Source: a virus. From it: 64,000 bases of DNA. Below, one piece after another: positions 30,017 to 37,462 of the stretch. The stretch covers positions 60,443 to 124,442 of the IMG/VR virus record IMGVR_UViG_3300031857_011362. The stretch is one strand, 5' to 3'. The translations under genes were made by a program, and so were the position numbers. The notes beneath the pieces are model-generated. The model was not told where the DNA came from, ran no database searches, and was given only the letters and a program-made list of their open reading frames with translations. Numbering within the stretch: position 1 is the stretch's first letter; the number at the start of each line of letters is the position of its first letter.

Positions 30017-31375
30017 ATGCTTAAGATTATTAGTTCGCCACCATTTGATGATTATAGTAAAAAACTGTTCTTTCAATTATTCGGTCAAAAGAAAAAATTG
30101 GGTCTGGATAGTGCTAGTTTTATATACTTGTGGACTGGACCATTAACTAATAACAACACCTATTCATACAGCAATTCTATATCGTTTAATACAAACCCTA
30201 CATCATTGCCCAAATTTGTTGATTTTATGTTATCTCATGCACGGATGCTAGCCGGTAAAAAAAGATTTTTTAACTCACGTGATGAAATGTTTTCTTTATA
30301 TCTTGAGTATGTTGGGGTAGATGTTTCACGTGAAATATTTGACCAGTACTATTCTACCTATGTAGAAAGCATCATAGACCGTAGTACAATGGAAGATATG
30401 ATTCAAGAGGCATGCATAAATGACGTTATAGTATTATTTGTCAAAGATCACTTTAGAATAAATTTTAAAAATTCTTGGATTGATCCAATACCCGAACTGG
30501 TTACTTACTTTGCAAATTTGTGTAATTACTTCCCTGATAAAAAATTTATCATTGTTACTAGTTTGGAAAACTTAGATAAAGAACTAAAATCTAGCAATTG
30601 TAAAATAGTGAACATGGGCGGAGATATAACTAATCAGATATCAAGTTATATGAATTTTACCCCTTTGATAGAAAAATCCGCAACTAAGAATTTTATATCA
30701 TTGAACCGAGGAGATAGACCCCATAGGGTGTATCTGGTTTCAAATTTATATGCTAAAAATTTACACAATCACGGGCAGATTAGTTTATTAACCCCGCAGA
30801 ACCCGAATGCAAAACTCAATGAAGCAATTATCTATAACTATAAAAATGACCAAAATTATGAATTATCAAACATTGGTTTCAGTAAGTATGTGGCCGAACA
30901 TAACCATCAGATAGCCGATAGCTATAATATTTACCCTCAGCGTGGTAATGACAATTTACGAAATTTCCAAGATTCTTTACAGAGTAAGTATCTTAATAGT
31001 TATGTGGAATTTGTTTCGGAAACCAGTTTCAATGAAAAGAGCTTTAACATAACGGAAAAAACACTACATTTCATATACGGTTGCAATTATCCTATAATGA
31101 TTTCTAGTCCCGGCGTAGTCAAATTTCTGCGAGAAATGGGAATAGATATGTTTGATGATATAATTGACCATTCATATGATGATATAGAAGATCCTTGTGA
31201 CCGCATAGTCCAGGCTATAAACAAAAATATAAAAATTTTAACTATGGATCTGAATTCTCTACGGAAACAGTGGGAAAATGATAAATACAGAATGGAGCAA
31301 AATATTAAATTTGTCCAGACCAAATTAGCTAAATTCTATCAGGATAGATTTTGGCAACAGATTAAAGGATTATAA
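30017..31375 (+). CDS. Glycosyltransferase-like hypothetical protein
   Basis: LNR..RPHR, FVSET, ITEKT..I, FD.IIDHSYD. Confidence 0.5.
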   Translation: MLKIISSPPFDDYSKKLFFQLFGQKKKLGLDSASFIYLWTGPLTNNNTYSYSNSISFNTNPTSLPKFVDFMLSHARMLAGKKRFFNSRDEMFSLYLEYVGVDVSREIFDQYYSTYVESIIDRSTMEDMIQEACINDVIVLFVKDHFRINFKNSWIDPIPELVTYFANLCNYFPDKKFIIVTSLENLDKELKSSNCKIVNMGGDITNQISSYMNFTPLIEKSATKNFISLNRGDRPHRVYLVSNLYAKNLHNHGQISLLTPQNPNAKLNEAIIYNYKNDQNYELSNIGFSKYVAEHNHQIADSYNIYPQRGNDNLRNFQDSLQSKYLNSYVEFVSETSFNEKSFNITEKTLHFIYGCNYPIMISSPGVVKFLREMGIDMFDDIIDHSYDDIEDPCDRIVQAINKNIKILTMDLNSLRKQWENDKYRMEQNIKFVQTKLAKFYQDRFWQQIKGL

Positions 31376-31376
31376 C

Positions 31377-31979
31377 ATGGTACATTACACACTGATGCAA
31401 GACGCAATCCCTTCAGTATTCAACATTGATTTTCTACAAGCATGTAGTCAAAAATTAGAATATTTTATAGATACTAAAACCCTATTAGGGGGAGAAGCTA
31501 TTCACCCTATTAATGAAATAGATGAAATATTTGATTTATCAAACTCAGAGGAGTTTAAAACTATTGCAGTCAAAATTAATCCATTCAAGCGAGTAGTACT
31601 ACACTATTTTGCATATAATAACTATCCTGCTGAAGAATACTCTGACTCTGAATATTACACTCAATTTACTGATACTGATGATTTTGATAAGTTTGTGGAA
31701 CATTATTTTTCACCAGATAACCTTGAAGGACCGTTAGTGAACTCAAGTGACTACTACTTCACTGACAAGTTGTCGGTTACGTATTTGTTAGAATTTGACA
31801 CTTTTGCCACCGACATAAAACAAATTCCAGAATTCAGTACAGTAGAAAATACTGATTATTTTCACGTAGCTCAAGACTTATCTGCCGATTACCGTAGCTA
31901 TTACACTACACAAGCTACAATTGATAAGGTCGCTCAAGTTTATGCTAAAGACCTTGCCAAATACGGATATACATTCTAA
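31377..31979 (+). CDS. Sulfotransferase-family-like protein
   Basis: NPF.RVV, acidic core, YRSYY..V..VY..DL..YGY. Confidence 0.55.
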   Translation: MVHYTLMQDAIPSVFNIDFLQACSQKLEYFIDTKTLLGGEAIHPINEIDEIFDLSNSEEFKTIAVKINPFKRVVLHYFAYNNYPAEEYSDSEYYTQFTDTDDFDKFVEHYFSPDNLEGPLVNSSDYYFTDKLSVTYLLEFDTFATDIKQIPEFSTVENTDYFHVAQDLSADYRSYYTTQATIDKVAQVYAKDLAKYGYTF

Positions 31980-32013
31980 CAGTAGTCACCAATGGGTGAC
32001 TGTATAAAGTTAC

Positions 32014-32617
32014 GTGATGCTAAACCAACCCAGTCTGGCAATTCTTATTGATTTTTGGAATCCAATAGCAATCAAAAGGGTTAACAATACTATTGAATTT
32101 TTGAGTACCAATGATACTATCAAAACTGTAGTATTATCAACTTATAATTCCCGCTCTGAGTTATTTTTTAATAATACTATTTGGTACCGTAATCGAAAAG
32201 AATGGTATAAAAAATCACCAACATGGGCCCAAAATAAGTCAACGGTAGAAGACACTGCATATATAAAAAACAACAGTTTAAAAAATGTAACCACTGATAC
32301 GCATATACTTCAGTATTATAATTCAAAACAATATCAAATTGCAATGCTCCAGTTACTGGGAACTAGAGTATTATTTGTCTATGCACCCGGAAATAAAAAA
32401 CGTATATATATTTGGTTGTGCATGGGAGGACTGTGTTAAACATAGACCGATTGGTTATTTGGCACTGTCACAGCTACAAAATGTTAACATATTAACTAAT
32501 ACTACTTTAGTAAGTAACATTGCAATGAAACGTCCCGATTTATCTTTAGATCGTGACTGGATCAATGTAGAGGGAAACGTATATAGGTATTTGGGCAACG
32601 AGAAGGTTGACTCTTAA
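32014..32617 (+). pseudogene. Isochorismatase/cysteine-hydrolase-like gene split by a frameshift near 32347
   Basis: ORF 32014..32439 (ILIDFW) continues in +1 frame 32339..32617 (VYIFGCAW.DCV..RPIG). Confidence 0.5.
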
Positions 32618-32635
32618 TCGATATTCTGTTATACT
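32607..32635 (+). promoter_or_regulatory. sigma70-type promoter at start of RNA island
   Basis: TTGACT-N17-TATACT. Confidence 0.7.
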
Positions 32636-32709
32636 TCACATATGAATTAAAAAGTGTAAATAACATATGTTAATTACACTAATTTGAAACCAGGACTAAA
32701 TAACTTACT

Positions 32710-32847
32710 ATGATGAATAAAACTTGTAACACGCTGAAACATATGGGACTATGGCTGTCAATAGCCAGTGTATCCTTTACGCCAGTGTATCCAACAAGTA
32801 TTCGCGGCTTAAATGATAACCAAGAGAGAGGCCCCGGGACTAGGTAA
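32710..32847 (+). CDS. Putative 45-aa leader peptide
   Basis: MMNKTCN...ERGPGTR*; lies between promoter and a strong hairpin. Confidence 0.4.
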   Translation: MMNKTCNTLKHMGLWLSIASVSFTPVYPTSIRGLNDNQERGPGTR

Positions 32848-32875
32848 CAAGTTAACATCATAACTAAAATTATCT

Positions 32876-32908
32876 AACCCCTGGGAAACTAAAAAGTCTC
32901 AGGGGTTT
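32876..32908 (+). terminator. GC-rich hairpin (attenuator/terminator-like)
   Basis: AACCCCTGGG/CTCAGGGGTT 10-bp stem; short U-tail. Confidence 0.55.
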
Positions 32909-32984
32909 CCAGTTAATGAAAGAAGCAAAATAAAAAACACTTGTTTTTTTACTTTTTTGATAAATAAAATGAAGGAATCATTTT

Positions 32985-33359
32985 ATGAACAAAGAACAAA
33001 AAAGCGAGTATGCGAAAGAAAGATATAAAAAGAATAGAGAAAGGTTACTAGAGTATCAGAACAAACGATACAACGAAACATTGGATATCTTCCAGCAATG
33101 GAGAAAAACTTTGAAGTGTTGTAGATGTGAGGAGAATGATGTTGCTTGTTTAGAGTTTCATCATAGCGATCCAGAGACAAAGGAAAATAATGTCGTAAGG
33201 ATGGTATCTCGCAGTGTGAAGTCTGTTATCAAAGAACTCAAAAAATGTGTTGTAGTTTGTGCTAATTGTCATCGCAGGATACATGCGTATGACATAAAAA
33301 CAGACCCTAACACCGAGGATCTAGGAACAAGTTTTGAAAATTTTTTGAAAGAAATTTGA
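32985..33359 (+). CDS. HNH endonuclease
   Basis: CCRC..LEFHH..CVVVCANCHRRIH. Confidence 0.85.
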   Translation: MNKEQKSEYAKERYKKNRERLLEYQNKRYNETLDIFQQWRKTLKCCRCEENDVACLEFHHSDPETKENNVVRMVSRSVKSVIKELKKCVVVCANCHRRIHAYDIKTDPNTEDLGTSFENFLKEI

Positions 33360-33384
33360 CAATAAATGGACAAAAAGATACAAT
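33356..33384 (+). promoter_or_regulatory. sigma70-type early promoter (TTGACAATAAATGG family)
   Basis: TTGACA-N17-TACAAT. Confidence 0.8.
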
Positions 33385-33679
33385 ACAAAACTTCTGAAAC
33401 AAAACGTGATTGGTATTCTACTCACACATTGACGAAGGAACAATACGCACAGTTGATACAAAATAAGATCGACCGTGTAAAGTCTTATCAAGAGGCTACC
33501 AAGAAAGCTAACAAGCTAGCAGGTATCACTTGATAGGCAGCGTGAACAGGCAACGAGAGCCGTAATACAGCGCAAAATGTATAGAATGGGCGGACAGGAA
33601 ACATGAACGAGTGGCGATAACACTCTTAGTAAGACTCCTGGGTAGGGTATCAACCCTATCATGTCGTGTAGCAATACAC

Positions 33680-33767
33680 GGCATTCTAAAACATACGTAG
33701 TGAAACACTTTAGCTTACAACGCTATACCCACACGACTCGGGAGTACTAGGTGTGTTTTAGAATGCC
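33680..33767 (+). ncRNA. Stem-closed structured RNA candidate A
   Basis: 17-bp stem GGCATTCTAAAACATAC/GTGTGTTTTAGAATGCC enclosing three small hairpins. Confidence 0.55.
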
Positions 33768-33769
33768 AC

Positions 33770-34345
33770 TTAAGTATTTGGTGTATTATAGATTCTTTCT
33801 ATATATTTTTTTATATTGTATATGTTAACAGGCTCTATGATCTTAGCATTATGTGACCCCAACAGATTATTGTTTAACAAATATTCATAAGTTAATTCTT
33901 CGTCAAATTTTATAGCTAAGTCATTGATTAATTTATCATTTTTGTTTATTATATCGATTGATTTTCTAACCGAATCAGCTAGAAATTTTACTGTATATTT
34001 TTCACCTCGGGCAAGACTATTCTTTGAGTTCCATATTGTTGTCATCTCGGCTACATAGTAGCTAGCAATTTGTTCAATTTTATTTTCTCTGGTCAATTTT
34101 ATTTTATAACAATCGCTGTTTAAAATTTCTTGATAAAGTAAATGTTTATCAATTTGGTCAGGCATAAATTTTACTACAAATGGTTCGTTATTTACAAACA
34201 ACTTTTCTAAAAGATTGTATTCTTCTTCATAAAGATGCGGTTCAGGAAAACATTTGGCTTCATTGTCTTTTGATAATTTGAAAGTGTAGTCACTAGAACC
34301 TGTTCTATAATTTGCCAATAGTAATATACGATTTTTTGTTGTCAT
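33770..34345 (-). CDS. Stf0-like sulfotransferase
   Basis: YRTGSS PSB-like loop, F.EP, KLTREN..QIASY. Confidence 0.65.
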   Translation of the reverse strand: MTTKNRILLLANYRTGSSDYTFKLSKDNEAKCFPEPHLYEEEYNLLEKLFVNNEPFVVKFMPDQIDKHLLYQEILNSDCYKIKLTRENKIEQIASYYVAEMTTIWNSKNSLARGEKYTVKFLADSVRKSIDIINKNDKLINDLAIKFDEELTYEYLLNNNLLGSHNAKIIEPVNIYNIKKYIERIYNTPNT

Positions 34346-34383
34346 TCGATATTTAGTTATTGTCTTTCAACCACGTTAATAAT

Positions 34384-34460
34384 GCGACCTTAGCTCAGAT
34401 GGATAGAGCACCAGGCTACGAACTTGGGGGTCAGGAGTTCGAATCTCTTAGGTCGCACCA
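34384..34460 (+). tRNA. trnR: tRNA-Arg(ACG)
   Basis: Cloverleaf, loop CTACGAA, CCA. Confidence 0.95.
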
Positions 34461-34462
34461 AT

Positions 34463-34537
34463 GGATGTATAACACAGCGGTAGTGTATCTCCTTCATACG
34501 GAGCAGGTCAGTAGTTCAAATCTACTTACATCCACCA
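34463..34537 (+). tRNA. trnM: tRNA-Met(CAT), identity uncertain
   Basis: Cloverleaf, loop TTCATAC, CCA. Confidence 0.85.
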
Positions 34538-34545
34538 AACAATAT

Positions 34546-34622
34546 AGCCTCATAGCTCAGTTGGTTAGAGCACCGTCTTGATAAGGCGGGGGTCCTGTGT
34601 TCGAGTCACAGTGAGGCTACCA
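34546..34622 (+). tRNA. trnI: tRNA-Ile(GAT)
   Basis: Cloverleaf, loop TTGATAA, CCA. Confidence 0.95.
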
Positions 34623-34629
34623 AATTTAT

Positions 34630-34703
34630 TCCCGGATTGTGTAATGGTAGCACAACAGACTTTGACTCTGTTAGCCTAGGTTCGATCCCTAGTCCGGGTG
34701 CCA
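34630..34703 (+). tRNA. trnQ: tRNA-Gln(TTG)
   Basis: Cloverleaf, loop CTTTGAC, CCA. Confidence 0.95.
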
Positions 34704-34705
34704 GT

Positions 34706-34864
34706 TTATGGGATAGACGATAGGTTCGAGTCCCTGTCAATCTAGTCACAGTGGGGTTAACTGTGATGACACTATAGTATGATTGATGGGTGTATAAACT
34801 TGCCTATACGAGACAATCTAACGAGGCTTATTAACAATAAGATAGTTAGGCGCCCAATCTATAA
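34706..34864 (+). ncRNA. Multibranched structured RNA candidate
   Basis: TCAATC/GATTGA, TCACAGT/ACTGTGA, GGGTGT/GCGCCC, GTATA/TATAC, CTAAC/GTTAG stems. Confidence 0.45.
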
Positions 34865-34870
34865 GGAGTT

Positions 34871-35242
34871 ATGATGTTAAAACAATTTACTATTGATGAA
34901 AAATTTATATGTGATGTTACTGTTAGAACTGAATTCGATTTAGTCAAAGATAGAAACAATCCCACATATGATGATCTTATCAAAGTCCTTAAAGGATGGG
35001 ATAAGATGACTAGCACTAGTAACAAAGACCACGATGAATTTACCAAGTTACGTAATCAATTAGAAGAACTGGGTTATATCAAAATTGAACGTGGATGGTG
35101 GAACGGTGACAGAGTATTAAAATCGTTCAAGTTAAACGAATGGACTTTTCGTAAAGGACATAAATTTTCTTGTGCGGCAGCAATGAACAACAGTATTCAT
35201 TGTGCTAGAAAATTCGGATGGAAGACTATTTCATCTTTATAA
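34871..35242 (+). CDS. Hypothetical protein
   Basis: RBS AAGGAG, 123-aa ORF. Confidence 0.65.
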   Translation: MMLKQFTIDEKFICDVTVRTEFDLVKDRNNPTYDDLIKVLKGWDKMTSTSNKDHDEFTKLRNQLEELGYIKIERGWWNGDRVLKSFKLNEWTFRKGHKFSCAAAMNNSIHCARKFGWKTISSL

Positions 35243-35245
35243 TAT

Positions 35246-35321
35246 GGTGTTGGTAGCTCAATGGTAGAGCAACGGATTGTGATTCCGTTGGTTGTGGGTT
35301 CGAGTCCCATCCTTCACCCCA
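35246..35321 (+). tRNA. trnH: tRNA-His(GTG)
   Basis: G-1, C73, loop TTGTGAT, CCA; two U-U mismatches in acceptor stem. Confidence 0.92.
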
Positions 35322-35325
35322 ATAT

Positions 35326-35401
35326 GCAACTTTAGCTGATGTGGTCATAGCGGCGGTCTGAAGAACCGTTGAACGTGGTTCGATCCCACGAGGTTGCACC
35401 A
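35326..35401 (+). tRNA. trnF: tRNA-Phe(GAA)
   Basis: Cloverleaf, loop CTGAAGA, CCA. Confidence 0.93.
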
Positions 35402-35406
35402 GACAT

Positions 35407-35493
35407 GCCCCCATAGACAAATTGGCAAAGTCACTCTCCTCAAAAGGGAGTATCTTAAAGGAAATCTGAGTTCGAATCTCAGTGGGGGCACCA
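35407..35493 (+). tRNA. trnL: tRNA-Leu(CAA)
   Basis: Long variable arm, loop CTCAAAA, CCA. Confidence 0.92.
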
Positions 35494-35497
35494 ATAG

Positions 35498-35526
35498 TTG
35501 ACAACAAACACATTTTGTGTTATGAT
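35498..35526 (+). promoter_or_regulatory. sigma70-type promoter
   Basis: TTGACA-N17-TATGAT. Confidence 0.7.
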
Positions 35527-35533
35527 ATATTAA

Positions 35534-35608
35534 GGGTCTTTAGTTCAATGGATAGAATGCCATGCTTCGAACTTGGAGATGTGGGTTCGATTCCTGCAAG
35601 ACCCGCCA
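35534..35608 (+). tRNA. trnR: tRNA-Arg(TCG)
   Basis: Cloverleaf, loop CTTCGAA, CCA. Confidence 0.88.
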
Positions 35609-35654
35609 ATACGTGTTAAATACTAATAGTGACAAAGCAGAAAAGGAGTACATA

Positions 35655-36215
35655 ATGGCTGTTCTAGCACTAGATATCTCAGGAGTTCCCCGGCAGTGGA
35701 TCTCAAATGATGACGCAATTACCTATAAAGCAAAAGATGCCATCGCATGGTCAATGGGGAATATTGTGGCTAGATATCGCGGTGGTATTCAAAATGACGG
35801 CACATTAAGTTACTTAGAAGCATCTAGTATCATTGCTATCAAAGGTCACGGATTTAATCCATACAAACATGCATGTGTCGCACTAAGTAACAAAACATTG
35901 TTTGGTCGTGATAGACATGTGTGTGCTTACTGTGGTGAACAGTTTCCTAATTACCATATGTTAAGTCGTGACCACATTGTTCCGAAGAGCAAAGGTGGTG
36001 AAAACACTTGGATGAACGTAGTTACCGCATGTAAAGATTGCAACAGTAATAAAGGTCATAAAAGTTTGAAGGAAGTGCGTATGGAATTATTGTATGCACC
36101 TTATGTACCTAATCATTACGAGAATATGATTCTACAACATAGAACAATTCTCGCAGACCAAATGGAATACTTGTTAGCAGGTGTTCCCAAGCATAGTAGA
36201 ATTCTCCTAAGCTAG
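35655..36215 (+). CDS. HNH endonuclease (McrA-like family)
   Basis: RD..VCAYCG..DHIVPKSKGG..W.NVVTAC..CN..KG; RBS AAGGAG. Confidence 0.9.
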   Translation: MAVLALDISGVPRQWISNDDAITYKAKDAIAWSMGNIVARYRGGIQNDGTLSYLEASSIIAIKGHGFNPYKHACVALSNKTLFGRDRHVCAYCGEQFPNYHMLSRDHIVPKSKGGENTWMNVVTACKDCNSNKGHKSLKEVRMELLYAPYVPNHYENMILQHRTILADQMEYLLAGVPKHSRILLS

Positions 36216-36234
36216 AAAGATATCACAATGAGGC

Positions 36235-36274
36235 TTGACAAAAAAGTTTTGTTGTGATATACTCTCTATAAATA
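36235..36274 (+). promoter_or_regulatory. Tandem sigma70 promoter plus T4-like late promoter
   Basis: TTGACA-N17-TATACT (36235-36263) then TATAAATA (36267-36274). Confidence 0.7.
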
Positions 36275-36360
36275 TTCAAGTCAGTTCCGAGATGACATTA
36301 AAAATGTCGGCTACTCAATCGTCAACGGAAAGAGTGTAAGGTCACAGTTGAAAGTTTTTC

Positions 36361-36435
<75 letters not shown>

Positions 36436-36442
36436 AAATTAT

Positions 36443-36518
36443 TCTCCTATAGCTCAGTCGGTAGAGCGTTTGACTGTTAATCAAAATGTCCGTGGTTCGA
36501 GCCCACGTAGGGGAGCCA
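36443..36518 (+). tRNA. trnN: tRNA-Asn(GTT)
   Basis: Cloverleaf, loop CTGTTAA, CCA. Confidence 0.95.
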
Positions 36519-36537
36519 AATTTATAATGGAGTAAGT

Positions 36538-36732
36538 ATGTTAGTAAGTAATAACGCAGGTTATAAATTGTATTGTGAAGTGCGCAAACTTGACGTACAC
36601 CCACAAGACAATCATGTACGTATATTCACCACATATGACTGGTCTAAAAATCCGGAAGCAGAACAAAACAAAATTGAGTTGTTCCTTAGTGACATTGAAC
36701 TTGATGCACTTAGGAAGGCACTTGCATCATGA
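36538..36732 (+). CDS. Hypothetical protein
   Basis: RBS GGAG, 64-aa ORF. Confidence 0.55.
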   Translation: MLVSNNAGYKLYCEVRKLDVHPQDNHVRIFTTYDWSKNPEAEQNKIELFLSDIELDALRKALAS

Positions 36733-37314
36733 TTGGATCATTAACTGCCATTCTTCTAAACTAAAGTGGTAGTCTTCTAAGGTTTCTAACATTTTTGCAA
36801 AAACTATCAATGTTCTTCTATGAGTGGTTAATTCATTTTGACGTTGAGTAATTTTTTCTTCTACTAGGGTTTTTAGTAAATTCTCACCCTCTTTTTTCAT
36901 TTTGATTTTTTGAGCAATGGTGTTTAACTTTTTTATTGTGTTATTACATTCTAGTATGACATTGTTTGCTTGATGTTGTGCCTGATGAATGTCAACTTTC
37001 ATTCTTAAAATCAAATCATCAACATCAGGATTTATATGTTGAGTAAAATGAGTTATCATATTAGACAGTCTAGTGTATACCTCATTGTCAATATTTGTAT
37101 CGTCATAATGTTCACCGGTAGAATCGTAATGGGCACGTTTTGTAGGATCACCTAGTGTTTCATAAGCTAATTTAATTCGTTTGAATTTTTCTTCATTTCC
37201 ACCTGGCCTGTCTGGGTGATGAATTTGTGCTAGAATTCTATATTTTTGTTTGATTTCTTCGGAAGTACAATTTTTAGGTAATTCTAGTTCATCATATAAG
37301 GTAGGTTGTTCCAT
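36727..37314 (-). CDS. J-domain (DnaJ-like) protein
   Basis: LY..LEL..EEIK..YR.LA..HHPDR..F..I..AYE.L.DP. Confidence 0.88.
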   Translation of the reverse strand: MEQPTLYDELELPKNCTSEEIKQKYRILAQIHHPDRPGGNEEKFKRIKLAYETLGDPTKRAHYDSTGEHYDDTNIDNEVYTRLSNMITHFTQHINPDVDDLILRMKVDIHQAQHQANNVILECNNTIKKLNTIAQKIKMKKEGENLLKTLVEEKITQRQNELTTHRRTLIVFAKMLETLEDYHFSLEEWQLMIQS

Positions 37315-37326
37315 ACGAATATTTAT

Positions 37327-37401
37327 CTGGGGTTAATATAATGGATAATATAGTTGCCTTCTAAGCAATCAATACAGGTTCGATTCCTGTACCCCGGACC
37401 A
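37327..37401 (+). tRNA. trnR: tRNA-Arg(TCT)
   Basis: Cloverleaf, loop CTTCTAA, CCA. Confidence 0.92.
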
Positions 37402-37405
37402 GAAT

Positions 37406-37434
37406 TTGACAATAAATGGATTTGGCTATACAAT
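37406..37434 (+). promoter_or_regulatory. sigma70-type early promoter (TTGACAATAAATGG family)
   Basis: TTGACA-N17-TACAAT. Confidence 0.8.
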
Positions 37435-37462
37435 AGCATCTTAATTACTTGAAAGGTACTTT

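Noticed and set aside
87-31323. Short antisense or alternate-frame ORFs nested in larger genes (e.g. 87..311, 6456..6845, 26324..26632, 28492..28848)
   Set aside because: Shadow ORFs of well-supported genes with no independent signals
33366-33533. 55-aa ORF MDKKIQYK...
   Set aside because: Its ATG lies inside the -35/-10 spacer of the 33356 promoter and it lacks an RBS; possible but unsupported
8652-34345. Classical RiPP/NRPS/PKS cluster
   Set aside because: No precursor with leader/core pattern, RRE/PqqD domain, transporter or megasynthase was recognised
34360-34581. Track ORFs overlapping tRNAs or the intron (34360..34581, 35226..35513, 36419..36604, 42476..42733, 42579..42941, and the 5' extensions of 35562 and 41518)
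   Set aside because: Open frames arising from GC-richer RNA genes; no RBS or protein motifs
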